This document shows, piece after piece, positions 8,986-17,558 of a stretch of DNA of 64,000 nucleotides. The DNA is from an uncultured Gammaproteobacteria bacterium. GTDB taxonomy: Bacteria; Patescibacteriota; Microgenomatia; Levybacterales; UBA12049. Positions within the stretch are counted from its first letter, which is position 1, and each line of letters starts with the position of its first letter. The stretch lies in assembly GCA_964523705.1 (NCBI GenBank), contig CAZFYA010000001.1, forward strand, positions 185,420-249,419, read 5' to 3'. The notes under the pieces were generated by a model. That model was not told where the DNA came from. It saw only the letters and a list, made by a program, of their open reading frames with translations, and searched no databases. The translations under genes were made by a program, and so were the position numbers.

Positions 8986-9201
8986 TTAGTTAACTACTTC
9001 TCCTTCAATTGGCTCGTCTTTATCTTTTTTTGAAGTATCTTCTTTTTTCTCACCGTTTGTTTTATCATCACTTGGTGCTTCTTGTCCTTCTTGTCCTTGA
9101 GCCTGTCCTTGTTTTTGATACATTGCCTGTCCTACTTTTTGCAAAGAATCTGATAATTCTTTAGTTTTTGTTTCAATCTCTTCCTTGCTTCCCGTATCCA
9201 A
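8986..9201 (-). other. dnaK: C-terminal 71 codons of DnaK (lid helices and acidic/Gln-rich tail), in the same frame as dnaK but separated from it by an in-frame TAG plus one codon
   Basis: Translation ILDTGSKEEIETKTKELSDSLQKVGQAMYQKQGQAQGQEG...EGEVVN matches the canonical DnaK C-terminus (cf. E. coli ...[23 protein letters not shown]...). Both ORF end coordinates are congruent mod 3. Confidence 0.7.
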
Positions 9202-9204
9202 AAT

Positions 9205-10902
9205 CTATTTTAGCTCCTCTATCTTTTCTTCGACTTCTTTTTTAAGGTTTTCATCGACTTTTCCTTCTCCTTCTCTTAGGGTTTTTTCAGCGGTAAAAAT
9301 AAGTGAGTCTGCCTGGTTTCTTATCTCTACTTTTTCCTTTTTCTCTAAGTCCTCTGTAGCATGAGCTTCAGCTTCCTTAGTCATTCGGTCAATCTCATCC
9401 TTATTTAAACCTGTTGAGCCGGTAATTTTAATACTTTGTTCTTTTCCGGTTGCCTTATCCTGTGCTTTAACATTTAAAATACCATTAGCATCAATATCAA
9501 AAGTAACTTCAATTTGAGGAACTCCTCTTGGTGCCGGTGGAATTCCGTCTAAAACAAATCTTCCCAAAGACTTATTATCATTTGCCATTGGTCTTTCTCC
9601 TTGTAATACGTTTATTTCAACTTGGGTTTGATTATCCGCAGCTGTTGAAAATACTTGGGATTTTGAAGTAGGAATAGTTGTATTTCTGTTAATTAAAGGT
9701 GTTGAAACACCACCTAGGGTTTCAAGTCCTAAAGTTAGAGGAGTTACATCTAAAAGCAATACGTCTTTTACTTCTCCGCCTAAAACTCCTGCCTGAACTG
9801 CTGCGCCAATTGCTACTACTTCATCAGGATTAACTGACTTATTAGGTTCTTTGCCAAAAAACTTAGTGACTGCTTCAATTACTTTTGGCATTCTGGTCAT
9901 TCCACCGACTAAAATTACCTCATCAATGTCTGAATTTTTCTTTTTTGCGTCTTTTAGAGCAAGTTCAACCGGTTTTAAGGTTTTTTGAATTAAAGGATCA
10001 ACAATTTTTTCAAGATTAGCTCTTGTCATCGTCATGGTTAAATGAAGCGGGCCGTCTTTTCCTTGAGTTATAAAAGGCTGATTAATCTGAGCTTCCTGGG
10101 CAGTTGAAAGCTCAATTTTTGCCTTTTCCGCTGCTTCTCTAAGTCTTTGCAAAGCTTGTGGGTCTTTTCTTAAATCAACATTGTTTTCTTTTTTAAACTC
10201 TTCAGCAAGGTAGTCAATTATTTCCTGGTCAAAATCATCTCCTCCTAAGTGTGTATCTCCATTGGTTGATTTTACTTCATAAACTCCCTCACCTAATTCA
10301 AGAATTGAAATATCAAAGGTTCCACCACCTAAATCATAAACTGCAATTGTGTGGGCGTTTTTTTTGTCTAAACCATAGGCAAGTGCTGCTGCTGTTGGTT
10401 CGTTAATAATTCTTAATACTTCAAGTCCGGCAATTTCTCCTGCTTGTTTAGTTGCTTGTCTTTGTGAGTCATCAAAATATGCAGGAACTGTAATAACAGC
10501 CTGAGTTACTTTTCCACCTAAATAGCTCTCCGCATCGCTTTTAATTTTTTGTAAAATTTTAGCCGATAATTCTTGTGGAGTAAAAGTTCTTCCCTCAACT
10601 TCAACAATTGCCATACCGTCTCTTCCGGATTTAATTGCATAAGGAAGCCACTTAGCATCTCTTTGTACTGATTCATCAGTAAACTTTTTACCCATTAGTC
10701 TTTTTATTGAAAAGATTGTAGTTTTTGGTTTTAAAACCATTTGTCTTTTAGCAACTTCTCCTACAACGTGAGTAATCGGATCAACAACCGATGGAATTAC
10801 ATTTCTACCTTCTCTTGAGTGAATAACCTTAGGATTACCACCCTCCATTACGGCAACACATGAATTTGTTGTACCTAAATCAATTCCTATTATTTTTCCC
10901 AT
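9205..10902 (-). CDS. dnaK: Molecular chaperone DnaK (Hsp70), terminated at residue 565 by TAG
   Basis: [36 protein letters not shown] and the substrate-binding domain. It ends ...[11 protein letters not shown] where full-length DnaK continues. Confidence 0.9.
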   Translation of the reverse strand: MGKIIGIDLGTTNSCVAVMEGGNPKVIHSREGRNVIPSVVDPITHVVGEVAKRQMVLKPKTTIFSIKRLMGKKFTDESVQRDAKWLPYAIKSGRDGMAIVEVEGRTFTPQELSAKILQKIKSDAESYLGGKVTQAVITVPAYFDDSQRQATKQAGEIAGLEVLRIINEPTAAALAYGLDKKNAHTIAVYDLGGGTFDISILELGEGVYEVKSTNGDTHLGGDDFDQEIIDYLAEEFKKENNVDLRKDPQALQRLREAAEKAKIELSTAQEAQINQPFITQGKDGPLHLTMTMTRANLEKIVDPLIQKTLKPVELALKDAKKKNSDIDEVILVGGMTRMPKVIEAVTKFFGKEPNKSVNPDEVVAIGAAVQAGVLGGEVKDVLLLDVTPLTLGLETLGGVSTPLINRNTTIPTSKSQVFSTAADNQTQVEINVLQGERPMANDNKSLGRFVLDGIPPAPRGVPQIEVTFDIDANGILNVKAQDKATGKEQSIKITGSTGLNKDEIDRMTKEAEAHATEDLEKKEKVEIRNQADSLIFTAEKTLREGEGKVDENLKKEVEEKIEELK

Positions 10903-10979
10903 ATTTTTATTTCTCCTTTTTTAACTTTTAATTAGTTAATAATAAAAAATTAGTCATCTAATTTCAAGTTATTAACAAA

Positions 10980-11438
10980 TTACATTGCTTTTCCAACTAT
11001 AACTTGTGCAACTCTTAAAACTCTATCGTTTAACATATATCCTGCTTTTACTTCCTCAACTACTTTTCCGTCTTCTCCCTCAACCGTTTGGACACATTCC
11101 ATTGTTTCAGGGTTAAAATCTTTTCCTAAAACATCCATTTTTTTAACTCCTTCATTTTCAAATGATAGTAAAAGCTGGTTTATACTCATAATTACTCCTT
11201 CGTCTTGAGTATGTTTTTCAGCCAGCATTAAATTATCAAGAGCAGGTAAGATTCGAAGGAGAAGCTGCTTATTTGCAAGTCTTATCCATTCATTTTTATC
11301 TTTTGCTACTCTTTTTTCTAAATTTTGATAATCTGCCAATGTACGTTTTAATTGATGTCTTAATTTATTTAACTCTTCTTCTGTTTTTTCTGTTTCTTTT
11401 TTTGTTTCTCTTGTCTCTTTTGATTTATCCTTTTTCAT
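10980..11438 (-). CDS. grpE: Nucleotide exchange factor GrpE
   Basis: Lys/Glu-rich N-terminus, coiled-coil (LADYQNLEKRVAKDK) and a C-terminal beta-domain. It sits between hrcA and dnaK. Confidence 0.85.
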   Translation of the reverse strand: MKKDKSKETRETKKETEKTEEELNKLRHQLKRTLADYQNLEKRVAKDKNEWIRLANKQLLLRILPALDNLMLAEKHTQDEGVIMSINQLLLSFENEGVKKMDVLGKDFNPETMECVQTVEGEDGKVVEEVKAGYMLNDRVLRVAQVIVGKAM

Positions 11439-11450
11439 TTGTTTTTTTAT

Positions 11451-12182
11451 TTACCAACCCCTGGCAATTTCTGAAATTAAATTTTTAAAATACCTGACTG
11501 TTGGTATAACGTAATTATAATTTAACCTGTTTGGTCCTAAAACTCCAATCTCCCCTGATAAATGCATTGGTGTTTCATAATGTGTAAACACAAATCCATA
11601 TGGTCCTTGAAGTTTTGGCCCCAGTTCTTCTCCTAAAAGAACATGGACATCTCCATCATCTATTTGACTATTAAATATACTGTTAAAGTACTCAAACTCG
11701 TCTAAAACTGATAATAAGTTTTTTGTTATATCTATGTCAAAAAACTCCGGTAAATCTAAAATATTTGCGTATCCTGAGCAGAAAAAATCTCCTTCATTAG
11801 TCGTTGCAATTGCTAACGATCTGGTTTTTTCTGCCAAAGATCTTGTTAATTGTTTTAAAAACTTATCTTCTCTGTCTCTTAAGTCCCAAACTTTTTCTTT
11901 TAGTAAAACTTCTTCTGCTGTTGAAAGTTCTTTTTCCTTCATCAGCTGGTTTACGTAAAACTTCATCCCCTCTGGCGTTGGAACTCTTCCGGCTGAAATG
12001 TGTGGTTTTTTTAAATATCCAAGTTTAGTTAACTTAACCATCTCATTTCGAATTGTTGCCGGAGAAGCCGACAAATTATGTTTTTTCTCTAAAGTCTCTG
12101 AACCAACTGCTTCTGCAGTTGCAATATATTCCTCAATAAGACTTTTTAAAATTTCTACCTGCCTTTGTGTTAAATCATGCAT
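11451..12182 (-). CDS. hrcA: Heat-inducible transcription repressor HrcA (short form)
   Basis: N-terminal winged-helix region LTQRQVEILKSLIEEYIATAEAVGSETL. It is the first gene of the grpE-dnaK-dnaJ operon, with a CIRCE-like inverted repeat upstream. Confidence 0.8.
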   Translation of the reverse strand: MHDLTQRQVEILKSLIEEYIATAEAVGSETLEKKHNLSASPATIRNEMVKLTKLGYLKKPHISAGRVPTPEGMKFYVNQLMKEKELSTAEEVLLKEKVWDLRDREDKFLKQLTRSLAEKTRSLAIATTNEGDFFCSGYANILDLPEFFDIDITKNLLSVLDEFEYFNSIFNSQIDDGDVHVLLGEELGPKLQGPYGFVFTHYETPMHLSGEIGVLGPNRLNYNYVIPTVRYFKNLISEIARGW

Positions 12183-12223
12183 GATTTAAGTCAAATAAAT
12201 CACAAAATAGTTTAAATTTTGGA

Positions 12224-12250
12224 TTAGCAGTACTATACCACGACTGCCAA
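12224..12250 (-). promoter_or_regulatory. CIRCE-like HrcA operator (minus-strand reading TTGGCAGTC-N9-TACTGCTAA) overlapping a sigma70-type promoter (TTGACA-N18-TATAGT) for hrcA
   Basis: The 9-N9-9 inverted repeat matches the CIRCE consensus TTAGCACTC-N9-GAGTGCTAA at 7/9 in each arm. The -35 TGTCAA is at 12256-12261 (revcomp) and the -10 ACTATA at 12232-12237 (revcomp). Confidence 0.5.
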
Positions 12251-12320
12251 TTTCTTGTCAAGGGGGTAATTTTATGCTTTTTTTATTTAAAAAAATTCTC
12301 TACAATAGGGAAAGATAAAT

Positions 12321-14372
12321 ATGCAAGCTAAGTTTAAAAAAATTAATCTTTTTCTAAAAGAATATCAAGAATTTATTATAACTGCCCTTTGTTTTATTTT
12401 TTCTTATGTTTTTATTTTTACAACTCTTGATACAAGCTTTTTAATAACAAATACCACTGTTACCGGTGGCGATACAGGCTCTCATGTTTATATTCCCTAT
12501 TACTTAAAAGAGATTTTCCCACTAATAAAATGGTGGTCACCGGATTGGTACAGCGGGTTTCCCTTTTTCTACTTTTATCCTCCCTTATTTTACGTATTAA
12601 CAGTTATTTTAAGTTTTGTAATTTCACTTAATATTTCTTTTAAGCTTGTTATCTTTTCTGTTATCCTCCTATACCCTCTTTCTTTTTATTTAACCTTAAA
12701 ATGGCTAGGTTTAAAAACACCAATTCCTCAATTAGGAATGCTTTTTAGTCTATTTATAATTTTTCTTGAAAAGTTTTCAATTTACGGAGGAAATCTTCCA
12801 AGTCTTTTATCAGGGCAGTTTTCGCACACCGCAAGTATTGCTTTTCTGTTTATGTTTTTAGGATTAATGTATAAAGGTTTAAAAGAGAAAAAATATCTTA
12901 TTCTAAATATTCTTTTAGGGTCGGCCATTATTCTTTCTCACCCAACTTCAGGTCTTCTTTTAATTATCCTCTCACCCTTTTTTATTTTTCAAAAAAGAAA
13001 TTTTAAAGAAAATCTATTTTTTGTTTTTTATGTTTATTTGGGGATATTTTTAATTACATCTTTTTGGACATTAAGTCTTGTCTATTATCAAGGATATGCC
13101 GGTGTAATGAGGTGGACAAAAGAAATCCGCTTAGATTATTTATTCCCAAATCATTGGCTTTTGCTAAATGCTTCAGCTTTGTTTGGATTCTTACTGGCAA
13201 TTATTAAAAAAGAGACAAGGTTTTTAGTAGCAATTGCACTTACTGCTATTTGTCTACTTGCTTACTTTTTTCTTGATAATTTTGGGGTTTGGAATACACG
13301 CTTTTTACCCTACATTTTGTTTGCTAATCTTTTATTTGCCGCTTATTTTATCGGGTATCTAATTTTATTTTTTAAAAAGGGCTTTATTATATTTTCCTAT
13401 TTAATTGTGCTTTTGATTATTTTCTTTTCTCTTTTTTCCTTAAAGGAGAATATAAACTACAGTCCTTATTGGTTTAAGTGGAATTTTGAAGGTTATCAGG
13501 CAAAGTCAGTATATAAGGAGTTGGATAATTTATTTTCATATTTAAAAACTTTACCTCAAGGAAGAGTAATGTGGGAATATCATCCTGATTTTAATAAATA
13601 TGGCACCCCAAGGGTTTTAGAAACATTAACAGTGTTTACAAACCATCCAACTTTTGAAGGACTATTAATTGAATCAGGCCTAAGCGGTTCTTTTCACTTT
13701 ATTAATCAAACCGAAACTTCAGAAAACCCAACTGCTGCAATTGCCGGTTTTTCTTATCCTCCTTTTAATTTTGAAAGGGGCATTACTCATCTTCAAATGT
13801 CTGGGGCAAAATATTTTATTGCTTATTCTCAAAAAATTAAAACTGAGGCAGATAAAACCCAAAAAATTATTAAGCTAAAAACAATTACTCCATTTAGCAT
13901 TTATGAAATACCTAACTCTGAACTTGTTGAGAAAATAAATAATTTCTCTATTCAGAAAAAAGGAAAAGATTGGCTAAGTAAATCAATTGAGTGGTATAAG
14001 GGGAATGACTTAGAGCAACCAATTGTTTTTGTAGAAAACGAAGAACAAAAAGAAGAGCTTACAAAAATTCAAAATAGTATAACTAATACAGTAGTTAAAA
14101 ACATAAAAACAACTAATGATTCTATTGAATTTGATGTAGATAAGATTAATCAACCATACATTGTAAAGATTTCCTACTTTCCAACCTGGAAGGCAGAAGG
14201 TGCTAAAGGGCCATTTTTAATTTCTCCTGCTTACATGATGGTTATCCCAAATCAAAATCATGTAAAACTATATTTTTCTTATGGTTTTATTGATTACTTG
14301 GGAATAATATTAACTATTTTTGGAGTCGGATATTTGTTTTTAATTAAGCGGATTTACAAGGAAAAACAATAA
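12321..14372 (+). CDS. 683-aa polytopic membrane protein with large C-terminal soluble domain; GT-C-fold glycosyltransferase-like
   Basis: About 12 hydrophobic helices in the N-terminal 360 residues with Trp/Tyr/Phe-rich loops (GGDTGSHVYIPYY, WWSPDWYSGFPFFYFYPP), then a 300-aa hydrophilic domain. Confidence 0.4.
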   Translation: MQAKFKKINLFLKEYQEFIITALCFIFSYVFIFTTLDTSFLITNTTVTGGDTGSHVYIPYYLKEIFPLIKWWSPDWYSGFPFFYFYPPLFYVLTVILSFVISLNISFKLVIFSVILLYPLSFYLTLKWLGLKTPIPQLGMLFSLFIIFLEKFSIYGGNLPSLLSGQFSHTASIAFLFMFLGLMYKGLKEKKYLILNILLGSAIILSHPTSGLLLIILSPFFIFQKRNFKENLFFVFYVYLGIFLITSFWTLSLVYYQGYAGVMRWTKEIRLDYLFPNHWLLLNASALFGFLLAIIKKETRFLVAIALTAICLLAYFFLDNFGVWNTRFLPYILFANLLFAAYFIGYLILFFKKGFIIFSYLIVLLIIFFSLFSLKENINYSPYWFKWNFEGYQAKSVYKELDNLFSYLKTLPQGRVMWEYHPDFNKYGTPRVLETLTVFTNHPTFEGLLIESGLSGSFHFINQTETSENPTAAIAGFSYPPFNFERGITHLQMSGAKYFIAYSQKIKTEADKTQKIIKLKTITPFSIYEIPNSELVEKINNFSIQKKGKDWLSKSIEWYKGNDLEQPIVFVENEEQKEELTKIQNSITNTVVKNIKTTNDSIEFDVDKINQPYIVKISYFPTWKAEGAKGPFLISPAYMMVIPNQNHVKLYFSYGFIDYLGIILTIFGVGYLFLIKRIYKEKQ

Positions 14373-14374
14373 TC

Positions 14375-14710
14375 ATGAGGAAGAAAAAAACATATTATTG
14401 GTTTTTATTACCAAGTATCTTATCTTTAATAGGAATCGCCTATTTAATTATTTTTACTTCTCCTGAAAAAGGTTTTGATTTTCTAAGCTTTACAATTCCA
14501 AGCTTAATTAGTTTTTTTGCTTTAGTTTTTCTTTTTTTCTTTTCCTTAGTTTCATTTTTGTTTAAGAAAATAAAACATGGAATTTTTACTGGTCTTTTAA
14601 TAACTTCAATTTTACTTTTATTTTTATACAAACTGGCTCATGTTTATTTTATTCTTCTTCTGATTGCCCTTTTTATACTCTTGGAGTTTTTGTTCAAAAA
14701 AGATGTTTAA
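14375..14710 (+). CDS. Small three-TM membrane protein, unknown function
   Basis: Three long hydrophobic segments. It starts 3 nt after the preceding membrane gene. Confidence 0.45.
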   Translation: MRKKKTYYWFLLPSILSLIGIAYLIIFTSPEKGFDFLSFTIPSLISFFALVFLFFFSLVSFLFKKIKHGIFTGLLITSILLLFLYKLAHVYFILLLIALFILLEFLFKKDV

Positions 14711-14715
14711 AATGT

Positions 14716-15192
14716 TTAACTAAAAACAGTTGCTATCCAACTACCTACAAAACGGGTAATTAACACAACGACTAGAGCTATTAGCAAATGTTCTCCTACT
14801 ACTTTCCAGGCTTTTTCTTTGTTTTGCTTAGCAATAAAATAGCTAAAAATACCCAGTATTAAAAATCCCCAGACAACACTTACTAAAATTGCTTCTTGTA
14901 ATTCAAGAAGTAAAATAGGGACTATAAAAGTTGAAGCAAAAATTAATTTTGAGAGAAAAGTTGATATTGTTGATTCCCAAATTGATTTAGCAGAGTGTTT
15001 ACTTTGCGATTCTTGAGAAATATGAATACCTAAGGCATCTGAAAAACTATCAGCAATGGCAATTGTTAAAATTCCACCTATAATTACAAGCTTTGAATGA
15101 GTACTGGCATCAAGTCCTACAATTAAACCAAGAGTAGTAATTATTCCCGAGGTTAATCCAAAACTAAAACCGGTTATTACTGAAAGCTTCAT
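14716..15192 (-). CDS. VIT1/CCC1-family (DUF125)-like small membrane protein, putative Fe/Mn transporter
   Basis: Five TM helices. The G-F-S-F-G-L-T-S-G-I-I-T-T-L-G glycine-rich first helix resembles the VIT family. Confidence 0.35.
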   Translation of the reverse strand: MKLSVITGFSFGLTSGIITTLGLIVGLDASTHSKLVIIGGILTIAIADSFSDALGIHISQESQSKHSAKSIWESTISTFLSKLIFASTFIVPILLLELQEAILVSVVWGFLILGIFSYFIAKQNKEKAWKVVGEHLLIALVVVLITRFVGSWIATVFS

Positions 15193-15250
15193 AAATAAAT
15201 TATAACAAATACACTATTGCTCTAAGGAATAAATGATATTAGAACTTATT

Positions 15251-15697
15251 TTATAAATTTATTTCACTAATTAATTGTTGCTTCAGAGCTTTCAATTCTT
15301 TTCCCCTAGACTTACTATCTTTTCCAAATATAATTTTTTCATCCATCGCCCAAATAGGTTTAGTTGGATTTGGATCATTAAAGTATCTCGGAATTATCCA
15401 CCAGTGCAAATGACAATCCTTATTCCCTAATAATTCATAATTTATTTTTTGAGGCTTAAATGCCTTAAAAACAGACTCTGCTACATCAGCCATTTCTGTT
15501 AAAAAAACATCACGAAATTTTTTATCTAATTCACAAAGCTCCCTTTTGTGAACTTTTGACAAAAAAAGAGTTAATCCTTTATAAAACTGGTTATCTGCAA
15601 GTACAACATAACCCGTAGAAAGCTCTTTAATAAAGTAAGGGTTAGCGTTTTTTTTAATCAGCTGAATACGCTCACAAATGAGACAATTATTTCCCAT
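15251..15697 (-). CDS. HIT (histidine triad) superfamily hydrolase-like protein with variant H-L-H-W-W motif
   Basis: N-terminal CLICERI (CxxC-like). Central ADNQFYKGLTLFLSKVH, and C-terminal NKDCHLHWWIIPRY where canonical HIT has HxHxHxx. Confidence 0.5.
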   Translation of the reverse strand: MGNNCLICERIQLIKKNANPYFIKELSTGYVVLADNQFYKGLTLFLSKVHKRELCELDKKFRDVFLTEMADVAESVFKAFKPQKINYELLGNKDCHLHWWIIPRYFNDPNPTKPIWAMDEKIIFGKDSKSRGKELKALKQQLISEINL

Positions 15698-15836
15698 GCC
15701 ACCTAATTATATCAGACTTTTGAACCTAAATACCGTGTTTCGGGGAGTGTTGAGCGCTAGCGAAATCCTGAAGTTTTTTGAAGGGGATGCTCGAGTCTAC
15801 TTTAGGAAAAATTATTAGATATGTTATTATTATTTA

Positions 15837-16118
15837 ATGAGACCTAATCCTATTTATTATGTTTACATCGTTGAATGTTCGGACGGAAGCTATTACATTG
15901 GTCAAACTAATAATTTAAAATTAAGACTACAAGAACATAATACAGACACCCCAAAAGATGGAGCAAAATATACAAGAGCTAAAAGACCGGTAACCCTTCA
16001 ACATTTTGAAACCTTTCAAACCAGAAGTGAAGCAATGAAAAGAGAATATGAGCTAAAACAATTAAAACATATTGAGAAAAAAGTTATTTGCGCTAATGGA
16101 AATAAAATTGGTTATTAA
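15837..16118 (+). CDS. GIY-YIG nuclease superfamily protein (YhbQ/UPF0213-like)
   Basis: YYVYIVECSDGSYYIGQTNNLKLRLQEHN gives the GIY-YIG core. Confidence 0.8.
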   Translation: MRPNPIYYVYIVECSDGSYYIGQTNNLKLRLQEHNTDTPKDGAKYTRAKRPVTLQHFETFQTRSEAMKREYELKQLKHIEKKVICANGNKIGY

Positions 16119-16531
16119 ACTATCTTAAACAAGTTATTTTTTAATTTTCCGATGTTTTCCGGGGTTTTATCTGCATATTCCCTGCCGACCACTTGGCAGA
16201 ACCCAAAATAAAAATCTATATTTCCATCCTTTTTGAGTAAATTAACAAATCTTTCGTTAAATTTCTTTTCCTTAATTGTCTTTTGTATGAAACGATTTTT
16301 GATCTTTGGCATTATTTCTAAATTATTGTTTAGCTTTGCAATATAAGTTTCTTTTGCAATATTTAAGCCGATATTTAAAATTTCATAAATATCTTCTTTA
16401 AGAATTTTATCTCTAGAGGCTTCTAATAAGTAAGTTAAATCTTCTACCTCTTTATTTATGCTTGTTTGAATATTCGCATTTATCTTCTTGTCAAATTTAT
16501 TAGCAAATTTCTTAAGTAAATTATTATTCAT
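16115..16531 (-). CDS. Hypothetical protein, 138 aa, Lys/Asn-rich
   Basis: Open frame only; no recognisable motif. Confidence 0.4.
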   Translation of the reverse strand: MNNNLLKKFANKFDKKINANIQTSINKEVEDLTYLLEASRDKILKEDIYEILNIGLNIAKETYIAKLNNNLEIMPKIKNRFIQKTIKEKKFNERFVNLLKKDGNIDFYFGFCQVVGREYADKTPENIGKLKNNLFKIV

Positions 16532-16618
16532 AAAGAGATTATAACAAACTTACTCTTATTAGTTACTTTATAATAGTCTGGGAGATGGCTTGAAGCTTAA
16601 GGGAGTTGCGAGAAACTA

Positions 16619-16646
16619 CCGAGGATTTTCCCGCCCCTCGGTTTTT
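16619..16646 (+). terminator. Rho-independent terminator-like hairpin (ACCGAGG-loop-CCTCGGT followed by TTTTT)
   Basis: A 7-bp GC-rich stem with an 11-nt loop and a T-run, in the 16532-16663 spacer. Confidence 0.4.
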
Positions 16647-16663
16647 GTGTTTATAATGTAATT

Positions 16664-16930
16664 ATGAAGTTATATAACTTTGAAAAACATTATCTTTACC
16701 TTGCAAGATATAAAGGTTTTATGTTTTTGAAAAAAGTTTTAAGCACTGATGCTGGAGTATTTATTTTTGCAATCGTATTATTCTTCATATTACTATTCAT
16801 TATCTGTTTTATCTTAGATTATTTTCTAATAGGCGTGGATGTATTTTTAATAAAAACCCACTTAAAAGAACCGTTGATGCAAAAAGTTTCTCTTATAAAA
16901 CCCTATATAGATTCTTTTATCGCTGAATAA
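16664..16930 (+). CDS. Hypothetical 88-aa membrane protein
   Basis: One long hydrophobic segment (VFIFAIVLFFILLFIICFILDYFLIGV). Confidence 0.4.
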   Translation: MKLYNFEKHYLYLARYKGFMFLKKVLSTDAGVFIFAIVLFFILLFIICFILDYFLIGVDVFLIKTHLKEPLMQKVSLIKPYIDSFIAE

Positions 16931-17067
16931 TTTTTGTTACCCAATATGACTGTTTTTTTTCGTCAATAAGTTTTAATTTAAAATTGTAATTTGCCTTATC
17001 ACCCTTATATTTCAAACTAATTACACCAAAACCTATAACTTTTTGCTTGAAATTTCCATAATTCTCT

Positions 17068-17247
17068 TTTTTATATCCCTTAAGCGAAAATGTCTTCTCG
17101 TCTTTAGAAAATTTAAGAGAATACTGTATGAAATTTAATCATAAATACAATTACCAAAGACTACATAAAGCGCTTGATTACAAGACACCCAAAGAAGCTA
17201 TATTAGAATACCTTAAAGAGAAAGGAGAAACTGTACGGTATCTATAG
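17068..17247 (+). mobile_element. Degraded insertion-sequence relic: C-terminal fragment of a DDE/rve-type transposase
   Basis: The frame reads ...MKFNHKYNYQRLHKALDYKTPKEAILEYLKEKGETVRYL*, matching the conserved integrase-core C-terminal motif YNxxRxHxALxYKTPxE of IS3/IS481/IS30-type transposases. There is no intact upstream ORF. Confidence 0.5.
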
Positions 17248-17261
17248 GTCCCACACAATGT

Positions 17262-17290
17262 TTGACAAATTATTAAGGTAGACTTATAAT
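17262..17290 (+). promoter_or_regulatory. Consensus sigma70 promoter TTGACA-N17-TATAAT, followed by strong RBS GGAGGGAGGTG, for the RiPP precursor gene
   Basis: TTGACA is at 17262-17267, a 17-nt spacer follows, and TATAAT is at 17285-17290. The RBS is at 17303-17313, 7 nt before the ATG at 17321. Confidence 0.6.
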
Positions 17291-17320
17291 CACCCAAAGT
17301 ACGGAGGGAGGTGAATAAGA

Positions 17321-17506
17321 ATGTCAAATTTAGAAATTCAAAGAAACGCAAGGAACTTAATGGCTGACTCTAAAGAGTTTACAGCTTATTCCAGAAACAA
17401 GAAAGACAAGACTGATTTAACTCCGAATTGTTCAGTTCCGAATTGCGCATTGCCTTGTAAACCACCACCATCACCACCTGGTTGTAAGGCATGTAGAAAA
17501 TCATAG
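17321..17506 (+). CDS. TOMM/LAP-type RiPP precursor peptide (61 aa): hydrophilic leader plus Cys/Ser/Thr/Pro-rich core TPNCSVPNCALPCKPPPSPPGCKACRKS
   Basis: Small ORF with a perfect promoter and RBS, immediately upstream of the YcaO, SagB-dehydrogenase and M16-peptidase genes. It has 5 Cys and 5 Ser/Thr in its last 28 residues. Confidence 0.7.
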   Translation: MSNLEIQRNARNLMADSKEFTAYSRNKKDKTDLTPNCSVPNCALPCKPPPSPPGCKACRKS

Positions 17507-17520
17507 GTTACAAATCTAGA

Positions 17521-17543
17521 TAAGTAATAATTTTTATTACTTA
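17521..17543 (+). terminator. AT-rich perfect hairpin (TAAGTAATAA-TTT-TTATTACTTA) between precursor and modification genes; likely partial terminator/attenuator
   Basis: A 10-bp perfect inverted repeat, 14 nt after the precursor stop and 16 nt before the YcaO start. Confidence 0.4.
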
Positions 17544-17558
17544 GTATTCAATTGATGT

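Noticed and set aside
12251-12320. A + strand promoter for the 683-aa membrane gene (TTGTCA ... TACAAT)
   Set aside because: The spacing between the candidate -35 and -10 hexamers is about 47 nt, so it is not a credible sigma70 promoter.
15698-15836. 139-nt spacer (cggggagtgttgagcgctagcg...gatgctcgagtctac) and a vaguely similar G/C-rich stretch at 21035-21060 (gggctcccccgcgaggactcgagc); possible small RNA or repeated element
   Set aside because: They share only a short CTCGAG-containing stretch. No convincing stem-loop or covariation can be assessed by eye, so this is left unannotated.
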